From: Bacteroidales bacterium
Lineage (GTDB): Bacteria; Bacteroidota; Bacteroidia; Bacteroidales; CAIWKO01
Length of the DNA: 64,000 nt
Assembly: GCA_023228145.1 (NCBI GenBank)
Contig: JALOBU010000001.1
Location: forward strand, 9,463 to 73,462
Reading direction: 5' to 3'
Each line of letters begins with the position of its first letter. Positions within the stretch are counted from its first letter, which is position 1. The translations under genes were made by a program, and so were the position numbers. Below are positions 18,244-26,953 of the stretch, piece by piece. A model generated the notes under the pieces. It ran no database searches and was not told where the DNA came from. It was given only the letters and a program-made list of their open reading frames with translations.

Positions 18244-19226
18244 ACTATAAATATTTTTTGTAAAACAACGGAAATAATCATACCCCATAGTAAAATTTCA
18301 CCAAACAACACTTTTTTAGTGTTTTGATATTTATATGAAGTAATGATGGAAAGCGGCATTAAAACATAGGAAAAGTCAAATACTATGGTTTCGGCTATGA
18401 AAAAACTACTAATGAATGTAAGGATATAAAGCCAAAGAATTGAATACGTCATTTTGCGGGGATATATTAATTTTTGGCCGGCAGAAAAAATGATTTTGAA
18501 TATGGCCAATAATGAAAATATTGTGAGGGCGATTGATGTAACGTATTGATAAACAGATAATTTCGGAAGGCTTAGCAATAAGTTGTGGTTTTCAAACCAT
18601 ATTTTATATTCTAAAACAACATCGTTTATTTGTTCTGTTAAAAAATAATAAGTAAAAAGATACAAATAAACCGTGATAAATCCCAAAATACTGACAACCC
18701 ATTCGCGCCAGGAGTATATCTGGAAAATTATCAGGTATATCCAAACAAAAAGCAGTAGCCCGCAGGATTTAATAAAAAATAATGAAGAGATTCCAATGAG
18801 CATTCCGGCAATAAAAATTTCTTTGATACCCGAATTTTTAGATTTCAGTCCGAATAACATGTGCAATATCAGAATTATCAGGCCATTTATAATTAAGACC
18901 GGGTGTAAGGTTAAGGCTGCAGGCGTACTGCTCATGAATAAAATGTACAGAAATGCTGTTAAATAAGAGTTTTTTAATAAAACATTATTTTCAGAAAATA
19001 AGTTATTGATTAAAATGGATTCACTAAGCAATATTAGAAATGCAATAATCGTGTAAAGCAATGGTAACCCATGAAGCAAATAAAATAATTTATATCCCGG
19101 TTCAACATTTGTTGGTTCGGGCATTTGCTGTGGGTTTATAAATGCCGGCAACCATAGCAATAAAGCAATTAGTACAACTATTATAAGCTGAATATTTTCA
19201 TTGTATTTAAAAATTCGGCTTAACAA
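18240..19226 (-). CDS. polytopic membrane protein, unknown function
   Basis: About 9-10 hydrophobic helices and no recognisable catalytic motif. 9 nt downstream of purD. Confidence 0.55.
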   Translation of the reverse strand: MLSRIFKYNENIQLIIVVLIALLLWLPAFINPQQMPEPTNVEPGYKLFYLLHGLPLLYTIIAFLILLSESILINNLFSENNVLLKNSYLTAFLYILFMSSTPAALTLHPVLIINGLIILILHMLFGLKSKNSGIKEIFIAGMLIGISSLFFIKSCGLLLFVWIYLIIFQIYSWREWVVSILGFITVYLYLFTYYFLTEQINDVVLEYKIWFENHNLLLSLPKLSVYQYVTSIALTIFSLLAIFKIIFSAGQKLIYPRKMTYSILWLYILTFISSFFIAETIVFDFSYVLMPLSIITSYKYQNTKKVLFGEILLWGMIISVVLQKIFIV

Positions 19227-19235
19227 AGTTTTGGT

Positions 19236-20516
19236 TTAAAGGTTTAACAAATCGCTACCAATATCTTTGCGGAAATATTTCCCTTCAAAATCAATTAAAT
19301 CGGCGCTTTGGTATGAATTATTTAAAGCTTCCATTAATGTATTTCCATAAGAAGTAATCCCCAAAACTCTTCCGCCATTAGTCATGCATTGATTTTTTTC
19401 TGTTTTGGTTCCGGCATGAAAAATAATACTTTGGTTAACTTTTTCAAGCCCGGTTATTACTTTCCCTTTTTCGTAGGAGCCCGGGTAACCCCTGGAGACA
19501 AGCATTATTGTTGCGGCAAATCTTTCGTCATTTTCAATAGTGATTTTATCAAGTTGGTTGTTAGCAACGGCTGATAAAATTTCAGCAAAATCATTTTTTA
19601 TGCGGGGCAGTACCGATTCTGTTTCCGGGTCGCCCATACGCACATTGTATTCAATAACGTAAGGATCACCACTAACATTCATAAGGCCGAAAAAAATAAA
19701 CCCCTTATAGCAGATATTTTCATGTTGCAGTCCCCGTAAAGTGGGAATAATGATACGAGTTTCAACTTTTTCCATAAAAGTTTTATCGGCAAAAGGAACG
19801 CCCGAAACAGTGCCCATACCGCCTGTATTTGGTCCCGAATCTCCTTCTCCGATTTTTTTATAGTCTTTGGCAGAGGGCAGAATCTTATAATTTACTCCGT
19901 CGGTAATAACAAAAACCGACAATTCTATTCCTTTTAAAAACTCTTCAATCACCACCTTTTCGCTTGCTTTTCCAAATTTAGAGCCAACCAGCATTTCTTT
20001 CAGTTCTTCTTTGGTATGTTCTTTTTTATCAAGTATAACAACTCCTTTTCCGGCAGCCAATCCGTCAGCTTTTAGAACATAAGGCGGGCTTAATTGGCTG
20101 ATAAAATCAAATGCATTTTCAATATTATCTTTTGTGAAAGTCCTGTATGCCGCGGTAGGGATATTGTATTTTTGCATAAATACTTTTGCAAAATCTTTAC
20201 TGCCTTCCAGTATTGCACCATCTTTACAAGGCCCTATTACCGGGATATTTTTTAAATTGTTATCTACAAGAAAATAATCATGAATGCCACATACCAGAGG
20301 ATCTTCAGGGCCAACCAACACCATGTTGATATTATTTGCGACAACAAAATCCCTGATTTTTTCGAAATCAAGCGGTGAAATATTTATGTTCTTGCCATGC
20401 AGTTGCGTCCCTGCATTTCCGGGGGCAATAAACATTTTATTTACCAGCGGGCTTTGTGAAAGTTTCCACGCAAAGGTATGTTCACGCCCTCCTGAACCTA
20501 ATATCAGAATATTCAT
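19236..20516 (-). CDS. purD: phosphoribosylamine--glycine ligase
   Basis: [19 protein letters not shown]..., ATP-grasp core, and GGRVLGITS near the C-terminus. Confidence 0.93.
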   Translation of the reverse strand: MNILILGSGGREHTFAWKLSQSPLVNKMFIAPGNAGTQLHGKNINISPLDFEKIRDFVVANNINMVLVGPEDPLVCGIHDYFLVDNNLKNIPVIGPCKDGAILEGSKDFAKVFMQKYNIPTAAYRTFTKDNIENAFDFISQLSPPYVLKADGLAAGKGVVILDKKEHTKEELKEMLVGSKFGKASEKVVIEEFLKGIELSVFVITDGVNYKILPSAKDYKKIGEGDSGPNTGGMGTVSGVPFADKTFMEKVETRIIIPTLRGLQHENICYKGFIFFGLMNVSGDPYVIEYNVRMGDPETESVLPRIKNDFAEILSAVANNQLDKITIENDERFAATIMLVSRGYPGSYEKGKVITGLEKVNQSIIFHAGTKTEKNQCMTNGGRVLGITSYGNTLMEALNNSYQSADLIDFEGKYFRKDIGSDLLNL

Positions 20517-20589
20517 GAAATCAAATTTAATTTCCTCATCAAAAGTAAAACAAATTTTTGAGCAAAGTTATTGTTGGGGCTACTGCGAC

Positions 20590-21180
20590 TTAGACCTGCT
20601 TTTTTTGTTTCATAAAAAACTCTTTTAGCGCAGCAATAGCTCTGTATCTGTGGCTGATACGGTTCTTTTCTTCAGGCAGCATTTCGGCAAATGTTTTTTC
20701 GTGGTCATCAGGAACAAAAACGGGGTCATATCCAAAACCCTGAACACCCCTACGCTCTTGCAATATGTTGCCGCAAATTTTTCCTTCAAACAGGTATTCC
20801 CTGCCATCCATAATCAATGAGACAACTGTTTTAAAACAAGCCCTTCTATTAGAGCAATCTTTCATTTCTTTCAGCAGCTTTTCAATATTATCATCGAAAT
20901 TGCAGCCCTCGCCGGCATAACGTGCTGAATAAACTCCCGGTGCTCCGTTTAAACATTCTACCTCTAAGCCCGTATCATCAGCAAAACAAGTAGTTTGGAA
21001 TTTTTCATAAATAAACCGTGCTTTCTGGAGTGCATTTCCTTCAAGGGTTTCTGCTGTTTCCGGAATCTCACCAGCAAAACCTATGTCCAGAAGCGAAACA
21101 ATATTGATACCCGGAGTGTTTAAAATATTCTGTATTTCATCAAGTTTATGCCTGTTATTTGTGGCAAAAACCAATTTCAT
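20590..21180 (-). CDS. rdgB: non-canonical purine NTP pyrophosphatase (RdgB/HAM1 family)
   Basis: [16 protein letters not shown]..., [11 protein letters not shown] and FGYDPVF. The start is set at the Met after the upstream gene's stop, because the longer listed ORF 20590..21309 overlaps that gene. Confidence 0.88.
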   Translation of the reverse strand: MKLVFATNNRHKLDEIQNILNTPGINIVSLLDIGFAGEIPETAETLEGNALQKARFIYEKFQTTCFADDTGLEVECLNGAPGVYSARYAGEGCNFDDNIEKLLKEMKDCSNRRACFKTVVSLIMDGREYLFEGKICGNILQERRGVQGFGYDPVFVPDDHEKTFAEMLPEEKNRISHRYRAIAALKEFFMKQKKQV

Positions 21181-21199
21181 AACACCCGATTGCTGTTTT

Positions 21200-21937
21200 T
21201 TATTCTGACCATAAATCATAGCCATACCAAGTTCCGGTAGCATAATCGCCATCATCAGCCACGAAAATAAGGCCGTTGGCAAAAGACAAAGAAAAGCCGT
21301 AATTGCCATTGCTGATTTCGACAGTTTTTATTTTTTTACCTTTCAGGTCATAAACAAATATCATTTTATAGTCGGTGTTCCAGGTGTAAATGTGTTTTTT
21401 ATCAACTGCAACACAACTGCTGCCTGAAATAAATTCCTTGCCTGAGTCAAGCCCGGTGATTGTTTTATAAAGTTTGCCATCCGGGAATTTAAAAATCTGT
21501 AAAGTGCCTTTATCAAAACAATAAATATATTTTCCGTCGGCGCTCATGGCCAGATTAGCCTGTTCATTTTCATACATTTTGCTTTTTACCATTTCATATC
21601 TGCCTTGTTGCATATCTGTTATCCGGTATATATCACGTTCGTATGTGCATATATAAAATTTCCCTTCTTTGCTGTTATACATAATGGAACGCATATCAAG
21701 GAGAAAATCATAGCTGTCGATGAGTTTGCCATCAAATGAAAATTTATTTATCTGTCCTTTGTTTGCGCGACCGCCGTTCACGGTATAGTAAAATTTTCCA
21801 TCAGAGGCAATGTGTGCGTTATGAGTCTGAGGGTCTTCCTGAAAAGTAATTTTTGGTTTGATTACTTGTGATACAGCAAGTGGTTTAAATGAAAAATAAC
21901 TGATCATCAAACAAGATAATAGAATGAATTTTTTCAT
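21200..21937 (-). CDS. secreted hypothetical protein with about 5 beta-propeller-like repeats
   Basis: Signal peptide. Repeating about 45-aa units beginning GKFYYTVNG / GKFYICTY / GKYIYCFD / KHIYTWN / GLIFVADDG. Confidence 0.5.
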   Translation of the reverse strand: MKKFILLSCLMISYFSFKPLAVSQVIKPKITFQEDPQTHNAHIASDGKFYYTVNGGRANKGQINKFSFDGKLIDSYDFLLDMRSIMYNSKEGKFYICTYERDIYRITDMQQGRYEMVKSKMYENEQANLAMSADGKYIYCFDKGTLQIFKFPDGKLYKTITGLDSGKEFISGSSCVAVDKKHIYTWNTDYKMIFVYDLKGKKIKTVEISNGNYGFSLSFANGLIFVADDGDYATGTWYGYDLWSE

Positions 21938-22030
21938 AATACTAAAATTTAAATAATTACGAAAAACAATTTATTATTTTATAAATTTAAAAAAATAAAG
22001 TAACAATTAAGTGTTTACTTGTATGTTTTA

Positions 22031-23029
22031 TTATTTTCCGTCATAAAACCATTTGATAAGGGATGCACCCCATGTAAATCCTGCTCCAAAGGCTGTTATA
22101 ATAAGGTTGTCGCCTTTTTTTAATTTTGGCTCCCATTCCCAAAGGCAAAGCGGTATTGTTGCAGCGGTTGTGTTGCCATATTTGTGAATGTTTATCATAA
22201 CTTTTTCTTTGGAAATTCCAAGGCGGCGGCCGGTGGCTTCAATGATACGCAGGTTTGCCTGATGGGGAACAAGCCATGTAAGTGTTTCGGGCGTAAGGTT
22301 GTTTCTTTTAAGTATTAACTCTGAAGCGTCGGCCATTTTAACAACAGCAACTTTGAAAACAGGTTGACCTTCCTGATAAATATAATGTTCGCGGGCATCA
22401 ATAGTTTTGTGGGTAGGCGGCTTTAAAGAGCCTCCGGCTTTCTGATGCAAGTGCACCCATCCTTTTCCATCGGTTTCAAGGTAGGAGTCCATTAATCCCA
22501 AATCCTCATGCGTAGGTTCAAGAAGTACGGCTCCGGCGCCATCTCCAAATATGACACAAGTGGAGCGGTCAGTATAATCAACGATGGACGACATTTTTTC
22601 GGCACCAACCACTATAACCTTTTTGCACATGCCCGCTTCTATAAATTGCGATGCAGTTACCAGGGAATATAGAAATCCGGAACATCCTGCATTTATGTCA
22701 TAACCGAAAGCTTTTCTGATATTGGTTTTGTGGCAGATGATGTTTGCGGTTGCAGGAAATTGCATATCGGGTGTTACGGTGGCGCAGATTAACAAATCAA
22801 TATCTTCAGGGCGGTTGTTTGTCTTTTTGAGTAAAAGATTCACGGCTTCTGCGCCCAGGTCAGAGGTTGCTTTTTCTTTTTCCCTTAAAATTCTTCTTTC
22901 CCGTATGCCTGTTCTTGTAAATATCCACTCGTCGGTGGTGTCAACAATTTTTTCAAAATCAGCATTTGTAAGAATATCTTCGGGGACATATCCGCTGACA
23001 CCGGTGATTGCTGCTCTGATTTTTGACAT
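22031..23029 (-). CDS. fabH: 3-oxoacyl-ACP synthase III
   Basis: AAITGVSGYVPE, active-site GCSGFLYSL, HQANLRI and GAGFTWGA. Confidence 0.92.
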   Translation of the reverse strand: MSKIRAAITGVSGYVPEDILTNADFEKIVDTTDEWIFTRTGIRERRILREKEKATSDLGAEAVNLLLKKTNNRPEDIDLLICATVTPDMQFPATANIICHKTNIRKAFGYDINAGCSGFLYSLVTASQFIEAGMCKKVIVVGAEKMSSIVDYTDRSTCVIFGDGAGAVLLEPTHEDLGLMDSYLETDGKGWVHLHQKAGGSLKPPTHKTIDAREHYIYQEGQPVFKVAVVKMADASELILKRNNLTPETLTWLVPHQANLRIIEATGRRLGISKEKVMINIHKYGNTTAATIPLCLWEWEPKLKKGDNLIITAFGAGFTWGASLIKWFYDGK

Positions 23030-23062
23030 TAGCAATTGTGTTATTTTGTTGATGAAGGAAAA

Positions 23063-23254
23063 TTATTTTTTAGCAGTTACTGTTTTTTCGATAGCGGGTT
23101 TTCCTTTGTAATAACCACACTCGGGACAAACTCTGTGATACAATACAGGAGCCCCACAATTTGAACATACTGTTATTGTATCAGCTTCTGCTTTGTAATG
23201 TGTTCTTCTTTTCAGTGTTCTGGTTTTCGAGAACTTTCTTGTTGGATTTGGCAT
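23063..23254 (-). CDS. rpmF: 50S ribosomal protein L32
   Basis: MPNPTRKFSKTRTLKRRTHYK plus a CxxC...CxxC zinc ribbon (CSNCG...CPECG). Confidence 0.9.
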   Translation of the reverse strand: MPNPTRKFSKTRTLKRRTHYKAEADTITVCSNCGAPVLYHRVCPECGYYKGKPAIEKTVTAKK

Positions 23255-23259
23255 AATAT

Positions 23260-23778
23260 TTATTTTTTAATGTATTGTTTTAGTGATTCCCATCGGGGGT
23301 CTGAATTATTATGGGTGCTTAATTTATTTAGTTGTTCGATAAATAATGGCTTACAGTTGCTCTTGCCATGTTCATCTTCGGGATGAATTTTCCTGTATGG
23401 AAGCAAAAGAATGATGCTATCATAGATAAATTTGCTGATATTAATTTGATGGTCTGCAGGCGATAAAATGATTACTTCGTCGTTTTCTTCAGTCGGATTT
23501 TCTCCAAATTTAACCAGCAGACGTTCCTTTCCTGAAATATGTTGTTTGTAATCTTCAAGGCACCTGTCACATTCAAAGGTCATATATCCGCTAAAAGAAA
23601 AATCCAATATCATCATATTTTGTTGTTTATGCAGTTCGAGATTTACCTCAATGTTGCTATCTTTTGAATCTTTATAATCAAAAACATCAAAAAAAACATT
23701 GTCCAAAACATAGTCAAAGGAATTTTTTCCTTCGGCAAGGCCCGAAAACTGTATAATATAAGTATCCGTTATATTCAC
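23260..23778 (-). CDS. yceD: DUF177/YceD-family protein (23S rRNA accumulation protein)
   Basis: Position immediately upstream of rpmF. CDRCLEDY motif. 172 aa. GTG start. Confidence 0.8.
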   Translation of the reverse strand: MNITDTYIIQFSGLAEGKNSFDYVLDNVFFDVFDYKDSKDSNIEVNLELHKQQNMMILDFSFSGYMTFECDRCLEDYKQHISGKERLLVKFGENPTEENDEVIILSPADHQINISKFIYDSIILLLPYRKIHPEDEHGKSNCKPLFIEQLNKLSTHNNSDPRWESLKQYIKK

Positions 23779-23799
23779 AATGAAATTTCAAAAAGTCTG

Positions 23800-23807
23800 C
23801 AAAGTTA
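23800..23807 (-). promoter_or_regulatory. candidate -7 box (TAACTTTG on the minus strand)
   Basis: Plus-strand CAAAGTTA, 22 nt upstream of the yceD GTG 23778. Confidence 0.4.
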
Positions 23808-23877
23808 TTATTTTTTTAATAAACACACAATACGACATCCTGCTTTCACGGGTAAGGTAATAAATTTGATAATCAGG

Positions 23878-24009
23878 CTAATGTGCCAGGCCTCTTTTTA
23901 CGTCATCATTATGAAAACGCATACAGTTATTTTTCCTGCTGCAGGAAACAAATATAAAGGTTAAACAAACCAGAATAAACATTACCAAAATGGTAAGTTT
24001 TGCTTTCAT
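23878..24009 (-). CDS. possible 43-aa small lipoprotein (below the ORF-track cutoff)
   Basis: ATG 24009: MKAKLTILVMFILVCLTFIFVSCSRKNNCMRFHNDDVKRGLAH*, with a signal-like helix and a Cys after FVS. It lies in an otherwise empty 328-nt spacer. It could be a chance ORF. Confidence 0.25.
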   Translation of the reverse strand: MKAKLTILVMFILVCLTFIFVSCSRKNNCMRFHNDDVKRGLAH

Positions 24010-24106
24010 AATGGTACTCTTTTAATATAGAACGTTTGTGACTGAAAAATATTTAACCGTTAATAAAAAACAACCGTCATCGCATAACAAAAAGCCAAAA
24101 GAGGTT

Positions 24107-26479
24107 TTATCTCATAATAGTCACAGTCCCGTGAAAATAATTTTCACCCCCCATGGTAATCAGATAATAGTAAACACCATCTGCATAGTTTTTTCCATCC
24201 CAGCTATTCTGGTAATTATCTTCATCAAATATCTTTTTTCCCCAGCGGTTGAAAATTTTTATGTTTGTGTTTTTGAGCCGTTCGATATTTTTGATTTCAA
24301 ATATATCATTATAACCATCTCCGTTTGGAGTAAAAATGTTAGGGATTTGGATGTCAATAATTTCAATTTGTATTGATGTGGTGTCAATACATCCGCCGTT
24401 ATTTTGAATCATCAGGAAAACAGTGTAGAATCCTTCTGAAGGATAGGAATGGCTTGCGGTGTTTACAGTAAAAGTTTCCAGAGTCCCGCCCGGGTAATTA
24501 AAATCCCACGTCCAGCTGTTCACATCATAACCGCTGGTTCCGGTAAATGTAATAGGTTCGTTCAAATATGCCACTGTCGGGTCGGCAGTGATTGTTGCCA
24601 CAGGATTAGGATAAACCGTAACGGCGTTATTAATAAGCAATGTTGCCGAGCATCCGTCTTCATTTATTACCTCCAGACTGGCCCAATACACTTCCGTTTG
24701 GGATGAGGCAGTGAAGGTATGGGAAAGCTGGCTCACACCGTCAAACTCTGTATCGTCACCAAATTCCCAATGCCAGTCAACAATATTGTCGTTAGTAATA
24801 TCCTCAAAATATGCCGTAACAGGTGTGCACCCCGTTCCAGGACTAATACTAAAGTTAACAGGTGGGCTTGGCAAACTGCCCACAGGGATATTGGTTATTG
24901 CCCCACAACTGCCATTATCGGTAATAGTCACCGTATAATTTCCGGGAGGTATTCCGCTTATGTCTTCTGTTGTAGCATTATTGCTCCAGTGGAAGCTGTA
25001 TGGTGGTGAACCCGAAACAATAGTAAGGTCTATGGAGCCGTTGCTTCCATTTATGCATGAGCTTTCTGTAGTGTAAGAATATGTCGGTGCATTAGGCCCA
25101 AGTATTGTAACAGAGCAGCTGGTTGGTGCAACCAGGTCGTTGGCATCAGAAACTGTTACTGAATAAGTCCCTGCACAAAGATTATTTCGTGTTCCGCTGG
25201 TATTTCCATCGTTCCATGAGTATATAAATGGCAGGCTGGAGCCTGAAACAACCACGGTAGCGATTCCGTCACAAGTATAATCTGGTGGGACAGGGCATTG
25301 TGTAGCATCAGTTTTGTCAATAGTGCAAGTGATGGGAATAAGGCAGGCAGGGTCGTTGGGAGCCAGGACGGTAACCGTGGAAACAAGAGTGGTATCCATA
25401 GAACAAAATCCGGTACTGTTCTGAACATGAACAGAATACGTTGTTGAAGAAGCAGGGCTTACGGTAATGGTAGTGTTGTTCTCCTGACCAGCTAACCCGG
25501 GGTCAGGTGGGTTTGAAATCCATGTGATTGGAATACTGGCATCAACATTTATCTGTATGGTGGCAGATTCGCCTTGGCATATTGTCTGGTTTGGTGTTAT
25601 GGAAGCCCCAAGTTGTATGCCCGACAGGCCATTAATTATATATTGGCAGTCATCGCCGGCATTTCCATCAATCATGATATAATATAGCTGCCCCGGAATA
25701 AGGCCGGTTGCAACAATTGTAGAAACAGAGCCCGGTGTAATGGGAGCATCAACATCTGTCCATTCAACAGGTGTCATCAGAGTAAAGTTATTACAATTAG
25801 TACCTGAATATACTCCAAACTGTATTCCGATATTATTGCTGCACGTTAATAATGTTATTGTAAAAACGACAGTATCATTGTTTGCTACAAATTGTAACCA
25901 CGAATTATTTTCAAGTGTCCCTTCGAATAAACCGCAAGATTCACACATATTTCCAGGTTCATCAGCCGTGTAACTGCTGCTGGTATTTCCAAAATAACCG
26001 TCCAGATTGCAAATTGTTGGGGCATTTGCACACGCATCTGCTGCAACCACCGGAGGAGTTACTATTCCACATGCAAAATATGCTGACCAATTTCCATTAG
26101 GAGCAAACAAACTTCCGCTTGCATCACTTGTAAACCAGAATGTTAAACATGTGCCAGTGGAATAAATAGTCAGAGAACCGGGATTGGTGTTTGACAAATC
26201 ATACAACACAGGTGATGAAGTATTTGGCCCGTCAAGTGATGAAAAAGCAAATGTCATAGGTTCGTTTGAACCAGAACAAAAAGTCATGATAAAACTTTCG
26301 TTGTTTCCATAAGTACTAGGGTTTATTAATAGGTCGGTTCCGGCATCCGAATCTGTAAAAATTCCTTCGCATACACCAGTAATTGGCTGGTCGCTCATCT
26401 GATAGGTAGGTATTTGTGCCTGTGTAATAATAACGGAATATAAGAATAAGGCAGTGAAAATAAAAAAATACTTTTTCAT
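24107..26479 (-). CDS. T9SS type-B CTD cargo protein with SprB-type and PKD repeats (adhesin-like)
   Basis: Signal peptide. SprB-like repeats (CNGSNGSIDLTIVSGSPPYSFHWSNN...GNYTVTITDNGSCG; CDGIATVVVSGSSLPFIYSWNDG...GTYSVTVSD). PKD modules (WHWEFGDD, WTWDF). Terminal IPNIFTPNGDGYNDIFEI...FNRWGKKIF...WDGK...GVYYYLI. Confidence 0.85.
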   Translation of the reverse strand: MKKYFFIFTALFLYSVIITQAQIPTYQMSDQPITGVCEGIFTDSDAGTDLLINPSTYGNNESFIMTFCSGSNEPMTFAFSSLDGPNTSSPVLYDLSNTNPGSLTIYSTGTCLTFWFTSDASGSLFAPNGNWSAYFACGIVTPPVVAADACANAPTICNLDGYFGNTSSSYTADEPGNMCESCGLFEGTLENNSWLQFVANNDTVVFTITLLTCSNNIGIQFGVYSGTNCNNFTLMTPVEWTDVDAPITPGSVSTIVATGLIPGQLYYIMIDGNAGDDCQYIINGLSGIQLGASITPNQTICQGESATIQINVDASIPITWISNPPDPGLAGQENNTTITVSPASSTTYSVHVQNSTGFCSMDTTLVSTVTVLAPNDPACLIPITCTIDKTDATQCPVPPDYTCDGIATVVVSGSSLPFIYSWNDGNTSGTRNNLCAGTYSVTVSDANDLVAPTSCSVTILGPNAPTYSYTTESSCINGSNGSIDLTIVSGSPPYSFHWSNNATTEDISGIPPGNYTVTITDNGSCGAITNIPVGSLPSPPVNFSISPGTGCTPVTAYFEDITNDNIVDWHWEFGDDTEFDGVSQLSHTFTASSQTEVYWASLEVINEDGCSATLLINNAVTVYPNPVATITADPTVAYLNEPITFTGTSGYDVNSWTWDFNYPGGTLETFTVNTASHSYPSEGFYTVFLMIQNNGGCIDTTSIQIEIIDIQIPNIFTPNGDGYNDIFEIKNIERLKNTNIKIFNRWGKKIFDEDNYQNSWDGKNYADGVYYYLITMGGENYFHGTVTIMR
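24110..24352 (-). other. T9SS type-B sorting domain
   Basis: Last 81 aa: IQIPNIFTPNGDGYNDIFEIKNIE...IFNRWGKKIFDEDNYQNSWDGKNYADGVYYYLITMGG. Confidence 0.8.
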
Positions 26480-26859
26480 TAATTTTTTGATTTAGGAGTA
26501 TTTAAAATACTATTAATTTTTGCCTCAACTTCATCTCTGGATAGAAACTCTATTACAAAACCAGGATATTTTTCATGTCTGTAAAAGGTTCTTTCTGATT
26601 TCTTTCTTTGCGGTTTTAGTAAAACGATATCAATGTCTCCATTTTCTTTAATCCATTTTTTATAGACGGAAGTGGTTGTGTCAGCAATGAAAGAAGAAGT
26701 AAACAAAAAATTTACGGCTTTTATTTCATTATTGGACATCTTTTCTACCTGTTCGACTGAAAAGTATTTTTGGGCAACAGGATTTATTGCGATATGGGTT
26801 TGTGATTGCCCTGACAAAACAGCAAAAAACAGAAATAACAAAAAAGCAGTTGTTTTCAT
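26479..26859 (-). CDS. secreted 126-aa hypothetical protein, translationally coupled to the downstream T9SS cargo gene
   Basis: The start is set at MKTTAFLLFLFFAVLSGQS (signal peptide). Its TAA stop shares one base with the ATG of the next gene (TAATG at 26481-26477). Confidence 0.55.
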   Translation of the reverse strand: MKTTAFLLFLFFAVLSGQSQTHIAINPVAQKYFSVEQVEKMSNNEIKAVNFLFTSSFIADTTTSVYKKWIKENGDIDIVLLKPQRKKSERTFYRHEKYPGFVIEFLSRDEVEAKINSILNTPKSKN

Positions 26860-26902
26860 AAGAATATTAAAATACATAGATAAAAATGTAATAAATAATT
26901 TG

Positions 26903-26910
26903 CAAATGTA
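26903..26910 (-). promoter_or_regulatory. candidate -7 box (TACATTTG on the minus strand)
   Basis: Plus-strand CAAATGTA, 44 nt upstream of ATG 26859, in the 94-nt spacer after the S8 gene. Confidence 0.4.
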
Positions 26911-26953
26911 TAAAAAAAATTTTGAATTTAATGAATAAGAACTCAAAAAAGCT

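Noticed and set aside
20590-21309. 239-aa version of the rdgB ORF with a hydrophobic N-terminal extension
   Set aside because: The extension overlaps the 3' end of the upstream gene in another frame. RdgB family proteins start at MKLVFATNN..., so the internal Met at 21180 is used.
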